A stretch of 64,000 bases of DNA from Minisyncoccota bacterium (GTDB taxonomy: Bacteria > Patescibacteriota > Minisyncoccia > Phycocordibacterales > SBAW01): the NCBI GenBank assembly GCA_035549255.1, contig DASZRD010000006.1, positions 18,546 through 82,545 on the forward strand, given 5' to 3'. The position numbers and the translations under genes were made by a program. Below the pieces are notes generated by a model that was not told where the DNA came from, made no database searches, and worked only from the letters and a program-made list of their open reading frames with translations. Below, piece after piece: positions 9,798 to 18,088 of this stretch. How positions within the stretch are numbered: position 1 is the stretch's first letter; every line of letters starts with the position of its first letter.

Positions 9798-10223
9798 TTA
9801 TTTCCCCGCGGCGTCTATAGCTTTGTTGACGAGTTCGTCGGCGTGGGCGTTCTGCTCTCTATATACATGCTTGAAGGTCATGTTGGGCGCATCTTCGAGG
9901 CGGATTTTCGCCACGCGTGCGAAGCGCTCTTTCATGCCGGGGTCCTTCACCTTGTAGATGCCCGAGAGCTGGCGCACGACCAGCTCGGAGTCCATCTGTA
10001 CCTCGACTTCCATATCGCGCATCGATGTACCAAATAACTTTTTACACTCCTCAAGCGCGCGGATGAGCGCTTCGTACTCGGCGACGTTGTTGGTCGTCTC
10101 TCCGATATAATCAGAAATTTCTTTCAATACTTCCCCGCTATCGCTCTCGATAACGGCACCAATGCCCGCAGGACCTGGGTTGCCTCTTGATCCGCCATCG
10201 GTATGAATAATGATTTTCTGCAT
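9798..10223 (-). CDS. rnhA: Ribonuclease HI
   Basis: TDGGSRGNPGPAG, TNNVAEY, DSELVVRQ, REQNAHAD. Confidence 0.95.
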   Translation of the reverse strand: MQKIIIHTDGGSRGNPGPAGIGAVIESDSGEVLKEISDYIGETTNNVAEYEALIRALEECKKLFGTSMRDMEVEVQMDSELVVRQLSGIYKVKDPGMKERFARVAKIRLEDAPNMTFKHVYREQNAHADELVNKAIDAAGK

Positions 10224-10290
10224 GGTTGCAGTATAGCGTAAAAGTAAGTACGATGCGGATGGAAGAAATTGTAAACCGCAGGAGGCGGAA

Positions 10291-10875
10291 ATGGAACTAA
10301 GAAAACGTGCCCAGGGCGACTATTGGATGAACGAAGCACCCATCACCGACTCATTAGAGGCGCTGCATGTATTGCGCGAGGAGTGGAACGACACAGGATA
10401 TCGCTATATCTCACTCAGGGAAGAAAAGCCAGAAATTCACCTAGGTTGGTTCAACGAGGGCGACAGCGGCGGAGCCACAAGCGGAGTCGATTATCTGGAA
10501 ATCGATCCGGCAATCGCAAAGAAACTGAGAGATGAGCAGTGGGTCGAGCCGCGCAGGATCCCACACTGGGGCTACACCGAGGTGAGGCAGGATCAGCTTG
10601 TCTTATCGCAATGGGGTAAGCGAGAGATGGAACGGCTTCTCGAGGAAGCCATGACATCTGTCCGCGCTCAACTGAAACCCGGCACACATTCTGAAAAGAG
10701 CGACGTCTTCAAGGATGCTGGCTACGGACGCGACCATGGGCGTTGGGGTGGACGGCTCTACTTCGACTTCAGGACTCCTGTTGGCGAAAAGGTTCGCATG
10801 TACGCCGACAACGGCGAGTTCACGCAGCTTGAGCCTGAAAAAATCAGTACTCCGCAACCGGTACCCGGCGCCTAA
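10291..10875 (+). CDS. Hypothetical protein
   Basis: 194-aa ORF filling the gap, GGAGG SD, followed by hairpin CCGGCGCC-taag-GGCGCCGG + T run. Confidence 0.7.
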   Translation: MELRKRAQGDYWMNEAPITDSLEALHVLREEWNDTGYRYISLREEKPEIHLGWFNEGDSGGATSGVDYLEIDPAIAKKLRDEQWVEPRRIPHWGYTEVRQDQLVLSQWGKREMERLLEEAMTSVRAQLKPGTHSEKSDVFKDAGYGRDHGRWGGRLYFDFRTPVGEKVRMYADNGEFTQLEPEKISTPQPVPGA

Positions 10876-10890
10876 GGGCGCCGGACTTTT

Positions 10891-12546
10891 TTATATAATA
10901 TCAACCACTCTGATTCTTGGCTTGCCGCGCCAATCGTTCTCTATGTGGCCCACTACGTTGACGGTCACGCCTCCCATCGGCTTCTTTTCGAATGAGTCCG
11001 GGGTCGAGAAGAATGACACCCCCGCGATCTGTGTTGCGCCCTTGTTCATCATGATCTCGAGATGATCGTTCGCTTTGCCGAAGGCGCGCGTGCGCCCGAT
11101 CTGTACTTTAGGAAAAAGGAGTAGCGGCTTTTCGTTGCCGACACCGAATGGTGCGAGCTGCGAGAGCGCTCTGTTGGCGTGCGCGACTTCTTCAAGGCCG
11201 ACTTCCCGCTCAAGCACGGTTGAGGGTACCTCGCTTTTGGCAGCGCTTATTTTAATAAATGCTGCTTCGAGCTTGCTTCCCAGCTCGTGTACGCGGCCCT
11301 CCTCGACCGAGAACCCTCCCGACGCCGAGTGCCCGCCGAATTCGATAAACGCATCACGCGCGGCACTCATAAGCTCGACCAAGTTTACGTTATCCGGCGC
11401 GCGGCACGAGCCCTTGATCGTGTCACCGCCTTCCCGCCCCCAGAGGAAGACCGGCTTGTGATGCGCTTCAACAAGCGAATTAGCGACGAGTCCCAAAATC
11501 CCCGGCCGCCAATTGGGATTGCCCATCACGATGACCGAGCCTTCGGTTCCCTGCTCGGCCAAGCGCCGGTTCACTTCCTTGGTTGTCGCGGCGACCAAGC
11601 CCTTGCGCTCGTCGTTGATGCGGTTGAGATCGTATGCAAGCGCCTGCGCGTCTTCTTGCGACTCGGCAGCCAAGAGTTCGGCGGCCTTCTGCGGCTTATC
11701 CATGCGCGAGGCCGCGTTGATGCGCGGAGAGACCATGAAACCGATATCATCTTCGGTTAAGGTTGATGCTTTTATTTTGAGGAGTGCCAAGAGCGAAGCG
11801 AGCCCGGGCCTACGATTGCGGCGCAGCACGCGCAAACCGAAGTGCGCGATCATCCGATTCTCCCCCACCAAGGGCACCATGTCCGAGAGCGTCGAGATCC
11901 CCACAAGGTCGAGGAACCATTTCTCTTGGCCCTCAGCGATGCCATACCGCTCTTTACTCAACACGCCTTGAATGAGTTTCCAAGCAACACCCGCGCCGCA
12001 CAGGCCGTCGAAGCCGTACTTGCTCTCAGGATGCTTGGGGTTAATGAGCGCAAAGGCGTCAGGCAAGTCATGCTGCACGATGTGATGGTCGGTCACGATT
12101 ACATCAATTCCTTTTTTGTTGGCAAAAGCGATCTGCTCAACCTCGGTCGTACCAAGGTCGATCGTGATGATAAGCGTGATGCCTTGATTCGCAAGTTCTC
12201 CAATTCCGTCCTCGTTAAGCCCATAGCCTTCGGTATGGCGATGCGGAATGTAATGCTGCACGTTAAGCCCGATCGAGCGCAAAAATTGCGTGAGCATGAC
12301 ACCACCGGGTATGCCATCGCAATCGTAATCGCTCCAGACGCATACTTTTTCATTATTCTTCACTGCCAAGCGTATCCGATCGATCGCCTTCTCCATATCG
12401 GGAAGTAACATCGGGTCGCCGGAGTCGCGCTCAAAATCTGGCAAGAGAAATTGCTTCTGTGCTGCCTCATCCTCGACGCCGCGCGCAAGAAGCAGGTCTT
12501 GCAAGAGGTCATCATGCGCTCGCGGGCGCAAGGTGTAGGAGGTCAT
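10891..12546 (-). CDS. recJ: ssDNA-specific exonuclease RecJ
   Basis: DYDCDG, EGYGL, TDHH, PRINAASR, GSCR, GGH, PFGVGN; start at ATG 12546. Confidence 0.96.
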   Translation of the reverse strand: MTSYTLRPRAHDDLLQDLLLARGVEDEAAQKQFLLPDFERDSGDPMLLPDMEKAIDRIRLAVKNNEKVCVWSDYDCDGIPGGVMLTQFLRSIGLNVQHYIPHRHTEGYGLNEDGIGELANQGITLIITIDLGTTEVEQIAFANKKGIDVIVTDHHIVQHDLPDAFALINPKHPESKYGFDGLCGAGVAWKLIQGVLSKERYGIAEGQEKWFLDLVGISTLSDMVPLVGENRMIAHFGLRVLRRNRRPGLASLLALLKIKASTLTEDDIGFMVSPRINAASRMDKPQKAAELLAAESQEDAQALAYDLNRINDERKGLVAATTKEVNRRLAEQGTEGSVIVMGNPNWRPGILGLVANSLVEAHHKPVFLWGREGGDTIKGSCRAPDNVNLVELMSAARDAFIEFGGHSASGGFSVEEGRVHELGSKLEAAFIKISAAKSEVPSTVLEREVGLEEVAHANRALSQLAPFGVGNEKPLLLFPKVQIGRTRAFGKANDHLEIMMNKGATQIAGVSFFSTPDSFEKKPMGGVTVNVVGHIENDWRGKPRIRVVDII

Positions 12547-12553
12547 CGGAAGA

Positions 12554-12561
12554 AGTATACT
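12554..12561. promoter_or_regulatory. Palindromic bidirectional -10 element shared by recJ and the HIT gene
   Basis: AGTATACT gives TATACT on both strands, 7 nt from the recJ ATG and 6 nt from the HIT ATG. Confidence 0.7.
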
Positions 12562-12567
12562 AGAGGG

Positions 12568-12900
12568 ATGGACAACTGCATATTTTGTAAGATCGTCAGA
12601 GGCGAAATCCCCGCGCAAAAGGTCTACGAAGATGAGCATTTCATCGCCTTCCTAGACATTAATCCACGGGCCCCAGGACACACTCTTCTTATTCCCAAAC
12701 AGCATTACCAGTGGTTTATTGAATTGCCTGACGACCTATATATCGAATTGTTTAAAGAAACGAAGAAATTAGCACTTGAGCTTAAGGAAAAATACGCTGC
12801 TGATTATGTACAATTAGGTATCGTCGGGAAAGACGTTCCTCACGCTCACGTTCATCTTATACCCCGCCAACTAAACGACGCCAGCGTTCCTGCAGCTTAA
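12568..12900 (+). CDS. HIT family nucleotide hydrolase
   Basis: CIFCKI...FLDINP...GHTLLIPK...HAHVHLIP. Confidence 0.94.
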   Translation: MDNCIFCKIVRGEIPAQKVYEDEHFIAFLDINPRAPGHTLLIPKQHYQWFIELPDDLYIELFKETKKLALELKEKYAADYVQLGIVGKDVPHAHVHLIPRQLNDASVPAA

Positions 12901-13973
12901 ACTTTCAACGGCTCAATACCCGGCAGTGTACCTTGTGCCAAGAACTCGAGCATCGCTCCCCCACCGGTCGAGAGAAATACTTTTTGCGGGTCGAACGTAA
13001 ACTTCGATACCGCTTCGATAGTGTTACCGCCGCCCACTACCGCACTAACACCACTCGTAGCGAGCGCTTCTGCAATCGCGTTCGTACCGGAGCTATAGCC
13101 CTGTTCGTAGAGGCCGGTAGGGCCGTTCCATAACACGAATGAGGCTTGAGAAATACGTTTAACCCACTCCTGCACGGTTGCCTCGCCGATATCAAATCCT
13201 ATTTCTCCATCAACAATATCGCCGATTGCTGCCGTGCGTTTGGTATGAGTTGATTGATTTTCAACCACAAGGTCGGTTGGCAAAACAATTTTAGGATTAG
13301 TGATGATCGCTTCCGGCGGCGGTGTCGCTGAAGAGACTACCGAGCCCACGCGCGAGCCACGCGCCTTCAGAAGTTCGTTAGCTATTGCACCACCAATGAG
13401 CAAAGTGCTGTATATCGAAACCATTTTTGTAAGAAGCGGAACTTTTGTCTCGAGCTTCGCGCCGCCCAAGATTGCGATCGCACCCTGGGGCGGTGTGAGT
13501 GCCTTCGAGAGATGCTCGACTTCTTTCTCCATAAGGAGCCCCGCATAACTCGGGAGAAACTTTGTGATGCCAACTGTGGAGGCGTGCGCGCGATGCGAGA
13601 CTGCGAATGCATCATTTACAAAAATATCCCCCTTGCTTGCGAGCTCTTTGGCAAATCCTTCATCGTTTGCTTCTTCGCGTGCATCGAAGCGCAAGTTCTC
13701 GAGCATCTCGATATCGCCCTGCACGTATTGCGCGAGCTGTTTCGCAAGTGGCGCAGTACGCAGCTCCTCAACCACTTTGCCGTCGGGCCGGCCGAGGTGC
13801 GTAAGCAGGACCACATGCGCACCGCGCTCGAGGAGAAGCTTAATCGTCGGCACCGCTGCGGTAATGCGCGTGTCGTCGGTAACGTTTCCCTCCTGTATCG
13901 GGACATTGAAGTCAACCCGCAGAAGTACGCGCTTATTACTTACGTCTGCATCACGCACCGATCTCATTTGCAT
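12897..13973 (-). CDS. pgk: Phosphoglycerate kinase
   Basis: RVDFNVP, THLGRP, ENLRF, NDAF, WNGPTG, STGGGAML. Confidence 0.97.
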   Translation of the reverse strand: MQMRSVRDADVSNKRVLLRVDFNVPIQEGNVTDDTRITAAVPTIKLLLERGAHVVLLTHLGRPDGKVVEELRTAPLAKQLAQYVQGDIEMLENLRFDAREEANDEGFAKELASKGDIFVNDAFAVSHRAHASTVGITKFLPSYAGLLMEKEVEHLSKALTPPQGAIAILGGAKLETKVPLLTKMVSIYSTLLIGGAIANELLKARGSRVGSVVSSATPPPEAIITNPKIVLPTDLVVENQSTHTKRTAAIGDIVDGEIGFDIGEATVQEWVKRISQASFVLWNGPTGLYEQGYSSGTNAIAEALATSGVSAVVGGGNTIEAVSKFTFDPQKVFLSTGGGAMLEFLAQGTLPGIEPLKV

Positions 13974-14725
13974 GCCTGTAGTATAGCGAGAAATTGCTCA
14001 AGGTCAGCGCTTGCATGACCGACAAGAAAACCGGATACGCCGCTTTCTTTGACAAGCTCGGATGCATTCGCGGGCTCCACCGAGCCGCCGTAGAGGATCG
14101 GGACCTTGAGCGCCATCTTGCGGTCGAGCAGTTCCGCAAGCGTCTTTTTTATGAATATGACCATTTGCTGCAGGTCTTGCGGCTTCATAGCATCCTCCGC
14201 ACGCTTGCCTATGGCCCACACCGGCTCGTAGGCGACAACGAGCTTCTTCATCGCGCCCTTGGCTGAGTTCTTAAGCGCCGAGGAAAGCTGATCCTCGATA
14301 TCGGAAAAATGTTCGCCTTCGGCGCCGCGCTCACGCTCGCCGATGCATAACACCGGCGCAAGCCCCGCCTCCGCCGCGCGCAGGAGCTGCTCGCGCACGC
14401 TCGCCTCGCCTTCCCCGCTCGCACGGCGCTCGGAGTGGCCGACGATCACGAAGGAGGCGCCCGCCCACTTGAGCATCGTCCCCGAAACTTCGCCAGTGTG
14501 CGGCGCATCAGCGTGAGAAGAGAGCGCCTGTGCGCCCACTTCGACCGGCGAGCTCTCCAACACTTCGACCGCTTCGGGTATGAGCACGTAGGGGGGTGCA
14601 AGCCACACCTCGATGCCGCTCATGCCGCGGGCCCGCTTGCGCAGCCCCAGGAAAAACTCTCTCGCTTCCCGAGGATCGTCCATGTACATCTTCCAATTGC
14701 CGACGACGAGACGCTTTTTTGCCAT
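13964..14725 (-). CDS. tpiA: Triosephosphate isomerase
   Basis: GNWKM, GHSERR, AYEPVWAIG, LYGGSV. Confidence 0.97.
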   Translation of the reverse strand: MAKKRLVVGNWKMYMDDPREAREFFLGLRKRARGMSGIEVWLAPPYVLIPEAVEVLESSPVEVGAQALSSHADAPHTGEVSGTMLKWAGASFVIVGHSERRASGEGEASVREQLLRAAEAGLAPVLCIGERERGAEGEHFSDIEDQLSSALKNSAKGAMKKLVVAYEPVWAIGKRAEDAMKPQDLQQMVIFIKKTLAELLDRKMALKVPILYGGSVEPANASELVKESGVSGFLVGHASADLEQFLAILQACK

Positions 14726-14755
14726 GGAGCAAATATACCATTCTGGGCCAAATAC

Positions 14756-14790
14756 AAAAAACCGCCCCCCTCTTACGGGACGGTTTTTTG
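14756..14790 (-). terminator. Intrinsic terminator ending the small-ORF/hairpin array
   Basis: Minus strand AAAAAACCGTCCC...GGGCGGTTTTTTG. Confidence 0.75.
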
Positions 14791-14793
14791 GTT

Positions 14794-15000
14794 CGCGGCC
14801 TTGGGGCTACAAACGGGTCGCTTCAATGGACGCGAGTCCCAGGACTCTTGGCCGTTGAAGTGTAGAGGATCCGTTTATAGCCCAAAAACCGCCATGATAC
14901 AGAAAGGCAACGGCAGCTTGCCATTCCGTTCCTCGAGACGCCGTACCAGCCCTCGAGTACTAAGAAGACAAGCTGCCGCGCCATCGCGCGCGAGGCCACG
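14794..15000 (-). ncRNA. Candidate multi-branched structured RNA (unknown class)
   Basis: Closing stem CGUGGCCU/AGGCCGCG enclosing hairpin CGGCAGCUUGUC...GGCAAGCUGCCG and an ~85-nt hairpin GGGCUAUAAACGG...CCGUUUGUAGCCC with inner stems CUUCAA/UUGAAG and GAGUCC/GGACUC. Confidence 0.5.
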
Positions 15001-15033
15001 GAGGAGAAGCCTGCGCTGCGAGAGGAATTCATT

Positions 15034-15114
15034 CCCCTTTCAAATCTTCGAATTGCTTCAAAAACTTGAAAGGGGCAGCGATTGCAATAGTATTGATCCA
15101 TTGCAATCGCCACC
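15034..15114 (-). repeat. Double-hairpin repeat, copy 4
   Basis: GGTGGCGATTGCAATGG-loop-CTATTGCAATCGCTGCC + CCTTTCAAGTTTTTGAA-gcaa-TTCGAAGATTTGAAAGG. Confidence 0.8.
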
Positions 15115-15119
15115 GAATG

Positions 15120-15377
15120 CTAGGCGTTGTGGCACCATTTGCGATGCCTCTCGGCCTTGCGAGCCTTGGCGTCTCGGTAGCAACCCCTGTAAAAGGCCGC
15201 ATCGCGAGCATTATACTCGCGGATTTCCAGAGTCTTCGACCCGCAAACCAAAGCTGCGAGGAAAAGCCCCTGAAGGAATGCCAGCCACCGGTATTTGGTG
15301 ACCGGACCCTCTACGGAATAGTCATACTCGATCCAGACGAATTTCTCGGCCTGGTAGTACTTGCGATTCTTACTCAC
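15120..15377 (-). CDS. Small orphan protein (85 aa, MSKNRKYYQ...)
   Basis: GGGAG SD then GTG at 15377, just downstream of repeat copy 3; stop abuts copy 4. Confidence 0.55.
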   Translation of the reverse strand: MSKNRKYYQAEKFVWIEYDYSVEGPVTKYRWLAFLQGLFLAALVCGSKTLEIREYNARDAAFYRGCYRDAKARKAERHRKWCHNA

Positions 15378-15402
15378 TTTATACTCCCTGCAGGGAACTA
15401 TT

Positions 15403-15463
15403 CCCCGTTCAAACATTCGACAACTCAAATGCTTGAAAGGGGCGGCGAGACAGACTCGCCACC
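15403..15463 (-). repeat. Double-hairpin repeat, copy 3
   Basis: GGTGGCGAG-tctgt-CTCGCCGCC + CCTTTCAAGCATTTGA-gttg-TCGAATGTTTGAACGG. Confidence 0.8.
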
Positions 15464-15478
15464 ACTGAACTCGAAGAA

Positions 15479-15697
15479 CTAACGATTGAATGGACGGAAC
15501 CTGTTATGGCCGCCCCAGATGCCAACATGCCGCTCGGCCTCGAGCGCTGAAGAAGCGAGCGAGGCAATATCAGGCCTCGCTACCTTGCGCCGCTCGGCTG
15601 GAGGAAGAGCGGAAGTTGCCGCTGAAGCGGCGTCCCGGCCGAGACGAGCATATCCGCACTGTTCACCTTGTTTGTTGAATACCAGTATCCGCCTCAT
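15479..15697 (-). CDS. Small orphan protein (72 aa, MRRILVFNKQ...)
   Basis: AGGAG SD 7 nt before ATG 15697; lies between repeat copies 2 and 3. Confidence 0.6.
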   Translation of the reverse strand: MRRILVFNKQGEQCGYARLGRDAASAATSALPPAERRKVARPDIASLASSALEAERHVGIWGGHNRFRPFNR

Positions 15698-15733
15698 GCC
15701 CCATCTCCTGTGTTTGGGTATCAAGAATTGATA

Positions 15734-15797
15734 GCCCTTTCAAAACCTCCATGTAAGATGAAGGGTTTGAAAGGGCGGCAGATACATTGTCTGCCGC
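15734..15797 (-). repeat. Double-hairpin repeat, copy 2
   Basis: GCGGCAGA-caatgta-TCTGCCGC + CCTTTCAAACCCTTCAT-cttac-ATGGAGGTTTTGAAAGG. Confidence 0.8.
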
Positions 15798-15828
15798 TCG
15801 AACGCCTCACTGTCAGAGCAATTGGACG

Positions 15829-15966
15829 CTACGCGAGTGAGATCTTGTATTCCAGACCGCGCGTGCGACACTCGTCGATGACGGCCTGGACGGTGCAGTT
15901 GAAGCCGACCCACGCCCGGTGCCAGCGACGGTTGCTGCCAATCTTGCGAACAGAGATCTTAATCAT
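15829..15966 (-). CDS. Small orphan protein (45 aa, MIKISVRKIG...)
   Basis: GAGGAG SD 7 nt before ATG 15966; lies between repeat copies 1 and 2. Confidence 0.6.
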   Translation of the reverse strand: MIKISVRKIGSNRRWHRAWVGFNCTVQAVIDECRTRGLEYKISLA

Positions 15967-16023
15967 GACACTTCTCCTCGAATTGCGACGAGCACCATGC
16001 TCGTCTTTGGGCCGCACAATGGA

Positions 16024-16084
16024 CCCATTCAAATACTCAAACTTTTAAGTACTTGAATCGGGGAGGGTTTTTAAGGAACCCTCC
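16024..16084 (-). repeat. Double-hairpin repeat, copy 1
   Basis: GGAGGGTT-ccttaaa-AACCCTCC + CCGATTCAAGTACTTAA-aagt-TTGAGTATTTGAATGG. Confidence 0.7.
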
Positions 16085-16134
16085 GGAAACCTTAGAAGAG
16101 GTGCTGCTATGCAGTTGTCAGAGATCGGTTTACG

Positions 16135-16187
16135 AAAAAAGGCGATTGGGCAGTCCTCCTCCTAGAAGAAGTGTTCCCCAATCGCCT
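16135..16187 (-). terminator. Terminator/attenuator-like hairpin in the array leader
   Basis: AGGCGATTGGG...CCCAATCGCCT followed by TTTTT on the minus strand. Confidence 0.65.
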
Positions 16188-16279
16188 CTCTATATAGAAT
16201 GACTCCTATATAGGTGCTGATGGTTCGCTGCCTCCTCTAAAAGCTGCGTCCCAAACCTATGTGATCGTACCTGCTCTTA

Positions 16280-16308
16280 ATCATACACCCTATTAGACAA
16301 TCTGTCAA
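16280..16308 (-). promoter_or_regulatory. Near-consensus sigma70 promoter driving the array
   Basis: TTGACA-17nt-TATGAT with TG upstream of the -10. Confidence 0.75.
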
Positions 16309-16390
16309 GTATGTGTCTATATGATCTCCTGGTAGGGGTAAGAAGTGGCTCAAAATAAGGCTTTTTGTCCGCCTTGGCGTCGAGACGGGG

Positions 16391-18067
16391 TTATTCCCCG
16401 GTTGTTCCCGCTTGGGAGGCCCGAACTAGCTCTTCAACGCTCGTAATACCGGCCGCCGCCTTGAATAACCCGTCCTCCTCGAGAGTCAGCATCCCCTCTT
16501 CTCTCGCCTGAGCGAGCAGGTCATAGCCTGGAGCGTCTCTATATATAGAGTCGGCAAGAGCTCGGCTCGTCATACATACGCTCTGGAGCCCTACCAACCC
16601 GCGGTAACCGCCCTCGCACTCGGGGCAAGGATGCGCACGAGCGAAGAGGACTTCTTTCCATTGCATATCTTTTTCCACTATCCCTTCCTCTTTAAGAGCG
16701 GCGAGTACTCTGCCAAAATTCGCCAGGGGTTCGAGCGGCGCACCTTCCGCACGCGAGAGTCGATATTCTTCTTTCTCATGCGGGCAGAGACGCTTCACGA
16801 TATCGATCGCCACGATACCCTGGAGCGTGCTCGCAAACAACTTACTCGGGACCCACGCGCGCATGCGTTCAAGTGCAGCGACCGCCGATGGCGACTCGAT
16901 GCAGCCGATCACAAGCACGCCGCGCGACGCTGCCTGCACACACAGGAGCGCCGTGTCGTCGTCGGCAATAGAGCCGACAAAAATAATGTCCGGATCATGG
17001 CGCAGTACCGCGCGCAGCGCAGCTGCGGAAGTAATACCGAGGTCGGGCCGGATTTCAGTCTGCAACACATGCGGGAGGCGATGTTCGATCTCAGTTTCTA
17101 CCGTTGCGATCGACACCGCACGGCGGCCAAGTTCATCGAGCATCGTGTAGCCAAGTGTTGTCTTGCCAGCGTTCTCGCGGCCAGCAATGAGAATAAGCCC
17201 CGATCGTTTGGTGAGGAGCGTATGCACCGCATCAAGCGAGGCGCCATGAAAACCGAGTGACTCCAGCGCGAATCCTTTGCGTGTTTGATATACACGCCTG
17301 AGGTTAAGGAGCATCGACTCCCCGCTTGCCGTGGGGGCGCTATGTACGCGCACGTGGGCGGTCTCGCCACCAAACAGCTCCGTTGAGAACGATCCTTCCT
17401 GTGGCACATGGAGCGTGAGGGACATCTTTGCCAGATTCTTTATGCGCTCGAAAATATGCCCCGCCTCTTTGGGGAGCAGCATCGCTTCGTGCATGAGCCC
17501 CTCGATGCGATAGCGCACGAGGAGGCCTGTCTCGCGCAAGTCGAGGTGCACGCCATGCGCGTTGGAGAGGAGCGCATGAGCGAGGAGCGCATTGAGGGTC
17601 TGCTCACTCTGCGCCAGAAGAGACGCGAACTTTTCTTTGAGATATTTCTGATAGGTACGCAGGGTCTTGCGCAGAGACTCGGCAGTTGTGAGCCGTGGCA
17701 CGGGCACCAAGCCGTAGTCGCGCCGCAGGTAAGAAATCTTATCGAACGCATCGAGGTCGAGCATGGCAACCTCTACCCTGTTGCCTTCGCGGGCATACGC
17801 GACAATATTATGAGCGCGAGCAAGCGGCTCAGGAATTATAGAAAGCGTCTCGAAAGAGATCTGTTCCGGCTCGAGCTGGACGAACTCGACGCCCGATGCG
17901 TGCGCCACTGCACGACGCAACTCGTCCTCGGCGATGATTCCGCGCTTCACGAGCGCATCGTAGAGCGCCTCGCCCTGGCCGCTCTGCATGACATCGGCAA
18001 GCTGCGAGCGGGTTACAAGCCCATTGCCCACCAAAAAATCCTTAAGCGCCTTCTCTTCGACGTACAT
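16391..18067 (-). CDS. GspE/PilB-family protein with degenerate catalytic motifs
   Basis: N-terminal T2SSE_N-like region, VRYRIEG, PQEG, GRENAGKTT, LRHDPDII, CPEC...GYRG, EDGLFKAAAGITSVEEL. Confidence 0.88.
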   Translation of the reverse strand: MYVEEKALKDFLVGNGLVTRSQLADVMQSGQGEALYDALVKRGIIAEDELRRAVAHASGVEFVQLEPEQISFETLSIIPEPLARAHNIVAYAREGNRVEVAMLDLDAFDKISYLRRDYGLVPVPRLTTAESLRKTLRTYQKYLKEKFASLLAQSEQTLNALLAHALLSNAHGVHLDLRETGLLVRYRIEGLMHEAMLLPKEAGHIFERIKNLAKMSLTLHVPQEGSFSTELFGGETAHVRVHSAPTASGESMLLNLRRVYQTRKGFALESLGFHGASLDAVHTLLTKRSGLILIAGRENAGKTTLGYTMLDELGRRAVSIATVETEIEHRLPHVLQTEIRPDLGITSAAALRAVLRHDPDIIFVGSIADDDTALLCVQAASRGVLVIGCIESPSAVAALERMRAWVPSKLFASTLQGIVAIDIVKRLCPHEKEEYRLSRAEGAPLEPLANFGRVLAALKEEGIVEKDMQWKEVLFARAHPCPECEGGYRGLVGLQSVCMTSRALADSIYRDAPGYDLLAQAREEGMLTLEEDGLFKAAAGITSVEELVRASQAGTTGE

Positions 18068-18088
18068 TGGCACCATTTTACCACGCGC

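Noticed and set aside
14435-15482. Plus-strand ORFs 14435..15301 and 15066..15482
   Set aside because: The first overlaps tpiA, neither has a recognisable motif or SD, and promoter, SD and wobble-pair evidence all favour the minus strand.
15034-16084. Interpretation of the four repeats as a CRISPR array or integron attC sites
   Set aside because: Spacing is ~290-370 nt, the repeats are not sequence-identical, there are no cas genes, no RYYYAAC/GTTRRRY boxes, and the Xer-like protein shows no evident integron-integrase insertion.
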